A DNA stretch of 64,000 nt from Schizochytrium sp. TIO01 (Eukaryota > Protista > Bigyra: Labyrinthulomycetes): assembly GCA_004764695.1 (NCBI GenBank), contig SMSO01000032.1:1736001-1800000 (forward strand), written 5' to 3'. Every line of letters begins with the position of its first letter. Positions within the stretch are counted from its first letter, which is position 1. The notes under the pieces are model-generated. The model was not told the DNA's origin and ran no database searches. It saw nothing but the letters and a program-made list of their open reading frames with translations. A program made the translations under genes and the position numbers. Positions 46,750 through 58,101 of the stretch are shown in pieces.

Positions 46750-49128
46750 ATGGCACTCCCTACACAAAAGCACAGGAAGGTATTCAGGGCGTTCTGGTTA
46801 CTCAGTTTATGCTTAACAACTTATGCGCAAGCGGCACCTTCGGCAACGGCAAGTTACCAATGGTGTTCGAGTGAAGCTGCTAAGAACTTGCGACACTGCG
46901 ATGAGTCCCTTGATATCGACGAACGCGTGAGTGCACTTTTGGATATACTTACGCTGGAAGAAATGATTGGCATGATTTCTCCTGATCCTGAAAAAGGCAA
47001 CACGTGTGATACTCACAGTGGTTCGGTAGATAGAATTGGCCTCTCAGATTACATGTGGCTCACGGAAGCCAATACGGATATTGCGGCAGATTGTGCTCCA
47101 AATGGACGATGCCGGACATCTATATATGGCCCACTTGGATGTGGTGCAACATTTAATGAAACAGCGATGCGTCTCAAGGGAAGGATTCTTTCCTTCGAGC
47201 TTCGGGCCTTTCGTAATGGGGGGTGGTATCGTGCTGTTGGTAAGACCAAGCAGGAGCAATACCGCGAGCTTGTTGGTCTCACAGCGTTTGGGCCAAATCT
47301 AAATATCCCCCGCGACCCGCGATTTGGACGTTTTAGCGAGCTTCTGAGTGAGGACCCATTCTTGACCGGCGTACTAGGGGCGGCTGTAGTGCAAGGCTTG
47401 CAGGAACCAGATCGCAATGGAAGACCACGCTCTCTAGCCTTCATGAAGCACTTTGCTGCCTACTCCGTCGAATTAAATCGCGGACACGATGACCACCGCA
47501 TCTCACCTTTTGATCTCACAGATACTTACCTGCGACAATTTGAGATTGCAGTTCGCCAGAGCCAACCCGCCGGTGCAATGTGCAGTTATAATGCAATCAA
47601 TGGAGCTCCTTCCTGCACAAATAGCTACATTCTCAATGACATCTACCGTGAAGCGTGGAACCAACCTGATGGAATTATCACTACCGATTGCGGAGCAGTA
47701 TATAATTTGCTTGGTGATCCTGTGAATGCACCTGACAAGATGACAGCATCAGCTTGGGCTATTAACAACGGTAGTGATCTTGAAATGGGATCTTCTATCC
47801 TTCGTGACCCGGATGGGCTCATCAAGGCAGTAAAACAAAATCTGGTATCCTCTACGACAGTAAAGAGATCGGCTCGCAGGCTTTTTAAGGCCCTTATGCG
47901 TGTTGGTTTGTTCGATAGCTTCGGCGAAAGTGAGTATGACCGTGTATCTCTAGATGTTGTAGACAGTGATATTCATCGATCCCTTGCACATGAAATTGCC
48001 TTGCAGGCCCCCGTCTTACTTCGAAATGACCAAAACTTGCTTCCTCTCCAAAAAACTGGCCAAAGGATTGCTGTGGTTGGGCCTTTGGGTTCAAATCCCT
48101 CGGGGCTGTGGTCTGACTATGCGTCTAAACCTTATTGTAATGACGAAACGGAGTCGTGTGGCCTCACTTTAGTAGATGCACTTCAAAAAGAGGGTTTCAC
48201 TCTACTAAATGCAAGTGGTGTGCCAGTTGATTCTGCTCCTATGCATATTAAGGAGCTTGAGTTAGCACAGAAAATTGCACTAGAATCAGACATTGTCGTT
48301 ATGGCTCTTGGAACGAATCAGACAATAGAGCGAGAAACAAAGGATCGGCTTACAACAGATCTTCCAGGGGTACAAAGGTCATTCGCTCTCACCATACTAG
48401 CGCTTGGGAAACCAACCCTTGTTGTCTTACAAAATGGAGGACCACTATCCGAGGACTGGCTTACATCGGCATTTCATTCTCCTTTGGCAGTAATTGAAGC
48501 ATTTTCTCCTAATGCAAGAGGAATGTTAGCTGTTGCTCAGCTCATATCCGGGACCGAAAATCAATGGGGCAAACTTCCTTACACGATATATCCAAGTGTT
48601 TACCAATCTCAAGTCTCGATGTTCGACTTTGACATGTCTAAGCCCCCTGGCCGCACATATCGGTATTTTCAAGGAAAAGCATTGTTCCCCTTCGGGCATG
48701 GACTTTCCTACACTACCTTTCAAGTCACGAACTGCTCATGCTCGCAAACTGAGGTAATGTGTATCCTCCATAACACAGGTGCACGCCGAGGGGATGAAGT
48801 GGTGCAGGTATACCACCTCCCAGACGGAGAACAGCATCAGCAGGATCAGACAACTGCTCGCCAAACTTTGGTAGGCTTCTCCCGCATGAGAGTTGAGGCT
48901 GGTTCATTTTCGCGCGTGAAAATACCTCTCGACAAATATGCGTTTGAGCTATCCAACTCAAAAGGTGAAAGGCGTCTCCGTCCTGGCAAGCACATTCTAT
49001 CTGTGCGTCTTGGTACTCTCGGAGGCTCTGCTGATACTTCAGGTTCGAAATGTGAGGTTCGCATATCCCAGCAGCAAGTTGAGCATTCTTTGCGCTCAAA
49101 GTCAACACCAGTGTTTGTGAAAAACTAG
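46750..49128 (+). CDS. Secreted GH3 beta-xylosidase/beta-glucosidase-like enzyme
   Basis: PNLNIPRDPRFGR, KHFAAY, MCSYNAING, nucleophile TDCG, GRTYRYF, FPFGHGLSYT, fibronectin-like GDEVVQVY. Signal peptide FWLLSLCLTTYAQA from ATG 46750 (alternative ATG at 46639). Confidence 0.93.
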   Translation: MALPTQKHRKVFRAFWLLSLCLTTYAQAAPSATASYQWCSSEAAKNLRHCDESLDIDERVSALLDILTLEEMIGMISPDPEKGNTCDTHSGSVDRIGLSDYMWLTEANTDIAADCAPNGRCRTSIYGPLGCGATFNETAMRLKGRILSFELRAFRNGGWYRAVGKTKQEQYRELVGLTAFGPNLNIPRDPRFGRFSELLSEDPFLTGVLGAAVVQGLQEPDRNGRPRSLAFMKHFAAYSVELNRGHDDHRISPFDLTDTYLRQFEIAVRQSQPAGAMCSYNAINGAPSCTNSYILNDIYREAWNQPDGIITTDCGAVYNLLGDPVNAPDKMTASAWAINNGSDLEMGSSILRDPDGLIKAVKQNLVSSTTVKRSARRLFKALMRVGLFDSFGESEYDRVSLDVVDSDIHRSLAHEIALQAPVLLRNDQNLLPLQKTGQRIAVVGPLGSNPSGLWSDYASKPYCNDETESCGLTLVDALQKEGFTLLNASGVPVDSAPMHIKELELAQKIALESDIVVMALGTNQTIERETKDRLTTDLPGVQRSFALTILALGKPTLVVLQNGGPLSEDWLTSAFHSPLAVIEAFSPNARGMLAVAQLISGTENQWGKLPYTIYPSVYQSQVSMFDFDMSKPPGRTYRYFQGKALFPFGHGLSYTTFQVTNCSCSQTEVMCILHNTGARRGDEVVQVYHLPDGEQHQQDQTTARQTLVGFSRMRVEAGSFSRVKIPLDKYAFELSNSKGERRLRPGKHILSVRLGTLGGSADTSGSKCEVRISQQQVEHSLRSKSTPVFVKN

Positions 49129-49779
49129 TGAGAGGACAGTGCACCAGCCAGAGACTCCTGGTAACTTTCAAAATGATGACAGAAGACGTCTCACCTATCT
49201 TAGCTTTTCACTTCCCCTTTCTTGTTTGAAGGTGGTTCTCTGTTTAAGAAGACCAAATGTTTAAACAGCAGAAATAGAATCCTCACTTTCAATATCAAAG
49301 ATTTCCTCAGTAAAAATTGCGTTCGTGATCCTGCTTTCCAAAAACGAAAATGAAAATGGATGATTCGTTCAGGACCCCAAGACATCACCCTCAAACAGTT
49401 GTTGTTCATTTCATTTTTTCTTATTCTTTTTTATTTGTTTAAAAGAAGGTAACTATTCGCCTCAGTTGACTCGAGGTCTTTGTGCACAAGTCTCACTTTA
49501 CCCTATAAAAACTCTTAAATTGATGTTACCTATGTATCTAGAGGTAGTAGTAAGCAATCAAAATACGTATGTTAAATATCCGTTGAGAACATTTTGCGTT
49601 GCGCAGAATCTAATTGAAGAGGAGTGTGTACTCAATATCTGCATATGGTGATTCAAGAGAGATGGGTGTAGCAAGAGGCTCATGGCAAATCGAAGGACAT
49701 ATCTGACAAGAGCATCAGGCGGGGGTTGCTGCCTCTCGCAGTGGAAAAAGCTCGCTTGCGTGAGCGAAGCTTGACCACC

Positions 49780-52626
49780 ATGGTCAGTAGCGGCCGTAGC
49801 GGTGGTAGTGCGGACGATGAAGCGCTACCAGATGTGACAACAGAGATGGAGATCGTCGATATCAGCAACTCAGCAGCGTTTGTTTTACTCAACGACCTTG
49901 TCTCTACGGGCAAGCTTGATCAAGAAACGACAGATTCCCTCAAATCACAATACGAGCTCCTGCATAAGAGTACTCTGGATCTCTACCAAGAGGAGAAAAG
50001 GAATCTCAAAAAGGCAAAGCAGCTTAATCAGGATTTACTGACAGAGAAAATCAAGCTTGAAAAGCTTAGTATTCGAAAGCATGAGGATTCTCAAACTACA
50101 ATCTCATTGAACAAAGAGTCAGAAGCAGCAGCACGAGAGTTAAATGAGCTTATGTCAAAAAGCACTGCTATGCATGTTCAAGTTGTAGAGCATCAATCAG
50201 AGAGGGATGAACTGGAGCGCCAGCTCGAATTTATCCATAAAGAAAATTCTAATTTAGTGAAGCCAGTATTTGACGACTTTAATGAGAAGATCAAGCAGCT
50301 AGAGGAAGATTGTACACGGCAGGATAAAGCTTTGGATGATAGTAAGATGAAAAGGGAGTCTTTAATTCAACGCAATGATCAGCTCACCAATCACAGTGAG
50401 GATCTTGCAGAGACGAAGTTACAACTTAAACAAACTCTTAATAAAATCCGATCAGATCCTGAACGAATTCGTAAACAGGCTGATGTTGTAGAGACAGCAG
50501 TCTTCAACCTGAAGCAAGAGGTCGAAGGTCTTCAGTCCCGACTTTCAGCTTGTGACGAAGAGTTGAAGGAGCACGACGACAGAAAACAGGCTATTACAGA
50601 ACACGGTAAAGAGATCTCTCGGAAACTGGATTTGCACCGGACAACGATTGAACAACGAGAGCGAGACGTAGATTCTATCAAAAAATCGCTTGATGAGGAA
50701 AAAAGCATTCATCAAGACATTCTAGCTCAACGTGTTCAGCTCGAGCTTGTACTTAAGGAGGAGAGGTTGAGCCTTAAGCATATGCTTGCAGATTTAGCTC
50801 AAATCAAGAAGTCATACGAAGGTACAAAGAAGACTTTGAAAAAAAGTATAGCCCAGCTGGACAACATCAAAGCAACTATTCCCCAGCTTGAGGCCAACCA
50901 TGCTGATTTAACAGCATCAAGGAACTCATTTAGCAGTGAAAACAAGGAGCTTACGCGCAAGGTGGCTGCTTTGCAACAGGAGATTGATATATTCATTGCT
51001 AATTACCTTCGCCAAGAGAATATTGAAAAATCTAAAAAGGAAGAGCTTGAAGTTTCAGTGGCACAGGTTAAAGCCTGTGAGAAACAAATTGCATTGTGGA
51101 TCGAGGAAGAACATAAGCAGTCTAAGCAAATGTCGATGCTTAGTGCACAACGCGAACTTCGAGCAAGAGATGCATCAAAAGCAGCAGCTAATCACAAAGC
51201 TGCGGTCCAGGATTTGAGAATTAAAGAGCTTACAGTGCTTGATCTGAGTAAAAGGCTTACCGAGACAACAAATAAGCTCCGCCAGTTTTCTACACTTTAC
51301 GATGTTGTAAAGAATGAACGGAATAAATATGTCAATCTTATTCAAGCAAGCTCACAAGCCCTTGCTGAAATGAAAGAGAAAATTAAAATTCTGGAGAATG
51401 AAGTTGAGATTCTCCGAAACGAATCAATCGCCAAAGATAAGGCTCTTATGAAGGAGCATCTAGCACATCAAACGGCACAATCTCAGCGTGATACAGCACG
51501 TCATGATACTAACAAAAGTCAGGCTATCTACCAAGAACGTCAAACCCAGGTAGAAAAGCAGATTGTAGAAATTGATAAACTGAACTCCATAATCAACGGA
51601 ATGGAAAAAGCCATGGTTCGACTCAAAAAACAGTACGAAGCAGCAGTTGAAAATCGAAATTTTTCTGGAGTTCAATTGATTGATCGCAATGATGAGCTGT
51701 GCATTCTTTACGAAAAAGCAAATATCCAAGAAGAGACTTTGAAACGAGGCGAAATGGGGCTACGAAAGAAAGACGAAGAAATTCGATTGGTAAAAATTGA
51801 ACTATCCGAACTCGAGCGTAGTCTTCAAACGACAAGAAAGCGTCTTCCTTTAGTTCCTGATCTTGCAGAAAAGGTTTTGGTTTTAAAAAGGGAACTCGCG
51901 CAGGAGCGTGGGTTGACCGAAAGGCTCTGCGCAGATCTCGAGACGCCTGATAACGAAGATCGATGGAGAGCTCTACTAGGCGATGACCCAGATCTTGAGC
52001 AATTGCAAGCCAAGCTTCAAGTTTTGAATCATCGACTAAATTCTAAAAAAGAGCAATTATTGGAGAAGGAGCTAGTTCTTGAAGAAGTCACGGAGCTAGC
52101 AGAGAAATTACGATTTAAGGCCACTGACGGAAAGAAGAACACTCTGACACTTGCTAAGAAAGTGAATTCTTTTCAATCTCGCATCAAGGACACAACAAGG
52201 CGTATGATGGCAATTGTATCGGAGCTCTCTATGTACCAAGCTACGGCAATGAAGCTTGAGCAGGAAAAGCACGATCGTGAGGCTGAACTTCAAGACGCCG
52301 AAGTTCGTTTAGCACGCAACGAACCTCCTTCAGAAGAAGCAGAGTTTGAGTGGTATCGGGTGCAGAAACGGCATCAAGAGCGTTTACGACGTGCTCAGGA
52401 AGAAGGTGATGCAGCACAATATGGCCGAGACTCCGATGGTTTCCCGAGCAAGCCTATGGTTGGTCGCAAGCGGTCCACTGCACAGCCTCGGCCCAACGCA
52501 TATATTCCGAACGATGGTCTCGGAGTACCTAGACCTTATGGCTCCCAAGCGCCTTTCAAGCCAACCCCTGCTGGGTCAACCATGCGCCACATTAGAAACC
52601 CCAAGCCACAACCAATCGAGATTTAA
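49780..52626 (+). CDS. CCDC146: Flagellar coiled-coil protein CCDC146/MBO2 family
   Basis: Long coiled coil with LYDVVKNERNKYVNLIQ, GVQLIDRNDELCILYEK and C-terminal RPNAYIP..PRPYG..PFKP..GSTMRHIR.P...PIEI. Confidence 0.88.
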   Translation: MVSSGRSGGSADDEALPDVTTEMEIVDISNSAAFVLLNDLVSTGKLDQETTDSLKSQYELLHKSTLDLYQEEKRNLKKAKQLNQDLLTEKIKLEKLSIRKHEDSQTTISLNKESEAAARELNELMSKSTAMHVQVVEHQSERDELERQLEFIHKENSNLVKPVFDDFNEKIKQLEEDCTRQDKALDDSKMKRESLIQRNDQLTNHSEDLAETKLQLKQTLNKIRSDPERIRKQADVVETAVFNLKQEVEGLQSRLSACDEELKEHDDRKQAITEHGKEISRKLDLHRTTIEQRERDVDSIKKSLDEEKSIHQDILAQRVQLELVLKEERLSLKHMLADLAQIKKSYEGTKKTLKKSIAQLDNIKATIPQLEANHADLTASRNSFSSENKELTRKVAALQQEIDIFIANYLRQENIEKSKKEELEVSVAQVKACEKQIALWIEEEHKQSKQMSMLSAQRELRARDASKAAANHKAAVQDLRIKELTVLDLSKRLTETTNKLRQFSTLYDVVKNERNKYVNLIQASSQALAEMKEKIKILENEVEILRNESIAKDKALMKEHLAHQTAQSQRDTARHDTNKSQAIYQERQTQVEKQIVEIDKLNSIINGMEKAMVRLKKQYEAAVENRNFSGVQLIDRNDELCILYEKANIQEETLKRGEMGLRKKDEEIRLVKIELSELERSLQTTRKRLPLVPDLAEKVLVLKRELAQERGLTERLCADLETPDNEDRWRALLGDDPDLEQLQAKLQVLNHRLNSKKEQLLEKELVLEEVTELAEKLRFKATDGKKNTLTLAKKVNSFQSRIKDTTRRMMAIVSELSMYQATAMKLEQEKHDREAELQDAEVRLARNEPPSEEAEFEWYRVQKRHQERLRRAQEEGDAAQYGRDSDGFPSKPMVGRKRSTAQPRPNAYIPNDGLGVPRPYGSQAPFKPTPAGSTMRHIRNPKPQPIEI

Positions 52627-53741
52627 GCTTGTTCACAACTTTTCCCTAGATTTAGCTAAAAACGAAAGCTGCTTCTACTCTGAATATAATGGGGACATGC
52701 TATTTCGTACTCAATTTCTCCAATTAAATTGGAAGCTATTTTGTTTAAGGATATCACTTTTTACAGTTTGCACCTTTGAATGGGTTATCACGAAGTAGCA
52801 CCAAACTCTTCAAACTTTGTCGGCCGTGATTTTGTCTATCGTGCCTGACATACTCCACAAAGCTTCTCTGTTCAAATTTCTTCAAAATCTACGCGTTGTC
52901 ATTTCTTTTCTTTCCTTTTCTTTCTTATGTATTTCTATAGTATGTGAGATTCCAGGCACTCAATACGAATGTATCTAAGTTGAGACACACCTAAAACTTC
53001 TTAATATGCTGTAAAAAAGTCTTAGTTAGTAAAATGTATGACCAGTAGTTTTTGCAAATCATTTCTCAAATTTCCTCAAATTGCTGGTGATATGTGAAAT
53101 CTTTTTAAGTTGGCCCAAACCACGCTTTTGTAAGCATTTCTACATTGTTCTTCCCCCCTGATGATTTTCTTTGCTCTCATCAAACATCCAGCCAAGTTAA
53201 TGGAGCATCGCATACCCGATTTATATAGTAAGGGAGGTTTTTATCAATGCTACATGGCTAAGTTTCACTTAATTTCAAAATTGTCTAAATTTAAGAAGTT
53301 TCTCTATCTATACACTAGCCTCACTAGTCGTAGGCTACCACAACTAATACTTTTACTTGGGGAAATGGTCAAGTCAAAGCAATGCGGAAAGCCTCCAAAT
53401 TATTCTCACTAGCCAGTGGTATTCCTTTCCATCCTTTTACTTAGGTAAAAGCTCAAGGGGATAGGTACTAGGCTAAATGCATTTTAGCACAATATTGTTC
53501 CCCTGGTTCCCTAAGATGGCCGTTTGTATATAAAATTGATGTAAAAAGGTGTGTATTTCAGTCTCAAGGAACTGCGCACTGCTGCTATAAAGACTAGAAC
53601 TCAGAATTGAAAGACTGTGTAGATTCAAACAAGAGCTCTTTTGATATAGATCTCTGCTGCCAAACCTGAAACAAAACCTCTAGAGCTGGTGAATACACTT
53701 ATAGCTACCTGGCGAGGGAACTTGTTCAATCAACCTCCCAA

Positions 53742-56700
53742 ATGATGCCACAGAGCAGGGATACAAGGCAGGCATTGGCCTTGCAGGCTAACAATCAAGA
53801 CATCGAGAGCACTGGCAGTGACATTGAAAAGCTTCGCGAATATGGAAATCGAGTTGGTGCAATGGAGTCGCTGCTACGTGAACTCCAGAGCTCTGTTCAA
53901 CTTTTCCCTTTTGATGGGAAAAGCGCCTCAAAGGTTGAAAAGTTTTGGATTTATTTCGAAGCTTACTCCATCGAGTCAAAGATCTCTGATATGGTCCCAT
54001 TTAAACAGAAATTCTGTCACCAAGCTGCAATGATTCTGCTCGAATGGATTCTAAATAGCCCTTCTGAAGAAGAGATATCTCTAGTCCTGATCGTCCGGCT
54101 TCTTAGTTCTCAGGAACTTAACTTTGATAGCACTGATCTCCATGAAGCCTTGAGCAAATTTCGGATCAAAGTTCTGACACTGGCTGATAATTGCAGCTCT
54201 TTTAGCGATCTGCTCTGTGAGGAATTGTCTCGAAGGATACCCTTAGTTGCAAAAGCTTTCAAAAGATCAGACAAATTCAAACTTCTTTCTGCGATCTACT
54301 CCAACTTTCTGAAGAAGGCAGATAAAACATCAAGGGAGCATGTCTACAATTCTCTGATCGAGCATGGTCTCTTTCTTGACAATATGTTCGACGATCAAAC
54401 TCTTCAAGATCTTTTCATTGCTTCTTACTGCAGTGACCAAGACCTCGCAAGTATTATACTGTCAATGAATGGATTCCCCATCTGGATAACCAAAGATGTA
54501 GAGCATGGGATCCCTTTAGTTCTATCTAAGATTTTACGCGCACAAGATCCGAAAGGAAACTTATCTCTGGTACCTACAAATTTTGTGTTTTCGCATCTAG
54601 GAGGAGCACTTCAAGTTCTTCTTGGCATTCCCGAAGCAAATAGATGGCTGCAAATGTGGGTTATTAGCTCAATGAAGGAAGGGGTTCAGCCAAGAGCACA
54701 GGCGACCGCACTCAGTCTAATTATATGTATTCAACGTCAGCGAAAGAGAACAAGGAAACTCCAAAACTTCCTGGATGCCTTAGTTTCACATGGCGTTTTC
54801 AAGTGTGTTCGAGATTTATTGACTGAGAAAGATCTGTTTTTCGAGAAGTCCCCCGCCCCTCGTGTGCATATTTTAGCTCAGAATGAAGCTCTTGAGGAAG
54901 AGTCATCTGAGAACCGTCATATTGAACAGAGAGGGTCTGATAAAGCGAAAGACGATGATGAAGAGGACAGCGATGTTCCAGAGCTACAGAGCCCTGAGTC
55001 GGATACAGAATCACCCTCTGAGCACTCTATGACTCGCACAGAGAATGTTGTCAAAGAAGGTGTTTCTTATGCAGCTATTGTGCCAGACTTGGGTTTATTA
55101 CCTACCCCAAAGGAGACTTTTGAAGATCTTTGGGAGATGTGTAAAGTTGTAAGAATGCCTTCATGGAGTGTCCATTTTGAAAACTTCAAGAAGATTTCAG
55201 TAGAATTCTCGCAAACAGAGGCAGATCTTGGTTGTGCTTCGTTACAAAACTTTGAAGATAACTTTGCGGACCTTTCCAGTGATGATGAGGACGATCATGA
55301 TGATGAGAATATCACTGCATCTAAGAAATTTGAGAAAGATGATCCAGACACTTATGCAAGAGACAGTATCAACTCCAATCAAACTTTGGTTGCAACCGTG
55401 CGATTTCATGAACAAAATAATGATTCTCGCACTATTCGAACAGTTGCACTACATAGACCACCCCACAATGTCTTCAAATTGATCGACAGACCTGTGGCTG
55501 ATATGAGCTGGACAATTAACGGTCAGCTTCCAGGAGTTCTTGTCTTGGGCCCATCAAAACAAGAAGTGGAAAAGATTGCTATTCAACTTGCACTGAACAA
55601 TTTTGAGAACATCTTGAAACGAGACTATCTATGGGAGATTCTTATTTTATCTCTCAAAAATGGCCTGGCTGAAGAAGAGCAAAAACACATTATTAAGTTT
55701 CTGCAAAGAGGTCTCTCGGTGCTCGAAGCTGAACCTGAGGCAGATCTCTATCGACAAGTGTATCGTCTCGCTCTACAGATGCGTGCTAAAAAAATTGGAG
55801 ATGATCATATTGATAAACTAATTCAGCACTTTTTCTCAAAAGTATGGAGAAACTGCATCATTTCGTGGGATTGGGAGCTCGAAGGCAATCCACAATGTAA
55901 TGAGAATCCATGTAAGTTGCACGACAAGAATATTTCAGGTTCAATGGAATCCGAAAGTACGGCATGGAAAGGTATAATGTTGCATGTCGTGAGTGACTTA
56001 GCAACCTCATTGTCTGCCAAAGATCTTTTCCATGTGACAGGCAACAAGGAAGTTAGTGTCTTCCTTCATCTTGCAGTTGGAGGTCATGCTCTGTGCTTCC
56101 ATATTGATGCCCCTGCTAAACACGGCCTTTGCTTAGCATGGGTTGCACGATTCCAAGAATGTCATTCTCACCTTTTGGCTTCAAAGGAAGAGCACCCAGC
56201 GCAAGAACATTTACAAAATCTTTTGAAGGTTTGTACTAAGAATGATTATCCGCCAGGGCTGCGTATTGCCGGCCTGTCGGTTCTCAGGAACCTGGTAAAG
56301 GCAAATCATACACATTACAGAAATTGGGATAGCTCAACAATCGATACACTTGTTCGAATCCTCGCAAATGAAAACAAGACCCCCTTTCGAGTTGGTGCTG
56401 CATCGTTACTAGAGCGTTACTCCGCGAATGGGTCTCCTTCCGGCAGCTTCCCCCTTTCACATGAACAACATCAGGCCTTATGCGAAATAAAAAACCCAAG
56501 TGCTAATGCTTGGTTGTATGCTACTCTCTGTACAATTCTCTGGCTAAATGTAGGCTCAGAACAGCATGCCTTGAGAGTACTAACGTCTCAGATTTGGCAG
56601 AGGTTTCTTGATCACTTTGAGAATATTCCGGCCCAACCCCGCACTCAAGCTATGTACGCTGCATCGTATCATGCCCAAGGTCGAGAAGCTTTAGTACAGT

Positions 56701-58101
56701 TTGCTCAGAACCATGAAGATGTGAGAGATATAGTTTTTGATTTACTTTCAAGCGCTTTACACATCAATGGAGCTCTTGCAGAAGAACTTTACCATGCTTT
56801 CAATATAAGCGGTCCTGAACTTGTGCTATTTGCCTGGGCACCCAGCTTATCCCAGAGCATCCGGGATGGAGCATTGAAACTGCTTGAAGTGCAAGATGAT
56901 CGTCAAACACTTTACAATGTATTGGTTATGTTTACTGCTGCTCCAGCGATGAACAGAGCATATGTTCGTGCACAATCACCACACCTTGCCGAGGCTATTT
57001 GTGATATGTACGCACAACAGGACGACAGACTAGGCGAGTCATATCTAGATATGGCTTCTCGAACGTTGCTACCAGTTTATCTTTCCACGTTGCATGTCGA
57101 AAGTGACCTAGAGCTTCTGAAGAATCTAATCAGAGTCATTCATGAAACTTCTCGTGGAACGAAGTTGCTCGACCTTTCAGACGCTGAGTTGACTTTGCCA
57201 AATCTTCTTGCCTTAGAGCATGCATTGAACCCATGCACTGCCATTGAACATCTTGTGCTAAATGGTAACCCTGGTATCAAGAACGATGGCGCAGCATGCG
57301 TTGCCAATTGGTTAAGTAAGCCAGGAAACAAAATCCGACGGCTTGAGCTTGCAAGGTGTGGCATAAGCTGCCAAGGTTTCAAATGCATTGCTGATGCCTT
57401 ACGTTGCACCAAATGCTTAGAGGAGTTAGGTATAGCCTTGAACGACATCACCAACCAAGGCGAAGATACAACAAGCCTAGTTGCTCTAGCAGAATCCCTA
57501 ATTTGGAACACGACTTTGAAAAACCTGGACTTATCTGGAAACTTACTTACGCAAGAAGGGCTAGCAACCTTAGCGAGAGCGCTCAGGTATAACGGCGCAA
57601 TAGAGAAGCTTCGCCTTGAGTCTTCAAGTGCGAACCCTTTACAACTCACCGCCATTGACGCAAAGCTTGAGCTAAATAGAACAGGGCTAACTGCAAGCCC
57701 ACATCTAGGCCGGGATTCGTTCAAGAAGATGCCTCGCCTGGAACGCGAGAAAGCACGCCAAACTGTGCGCATTCTCTCTGGATCTCACAAAGCTCATAAA
57801 CCATATGATCGAAACCAGCGCCAGTCCGAGAACACCCAGCACCAGGACCCTTTACTAAAGATTGGGATGAGCTCACTTGACAAGTTCGTTAGAAGAAGTG
57901 TTGACGTTGCTCGTAAAGCATCACAGGGAAAGTGTGCTTCCAACTCGTGAAGAAGAACTCAAGCAAGAGGATTTGAGTATTAGAGAGCATGTCTCAAGCA
58001 CAGAGATCGAACTAGAAAGCATCTTAGGCCGTATTCATGAATTGAAAGAGCGACAGTGTGCGTTGTTTAGCAGGCCTGTTGGGAATGAAACCTCAGTTTA
58101 G
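53742..58101 (+). CDS. Large alpha-helical (ARM-like) protein with C-terminal ribonuclease-inhibitor-type LRRs; probable frame break ~57928
   Basis: LRRs IEHLVLNGNPGIKNDGA, IRRLELARCGI, LEELGIALNDI, LKNLDLSGNLLTQEG. Main ORF stops at 57950; the +1 frame continues as a coiled-coil-like tail to 58101. Confidence 0.8.
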
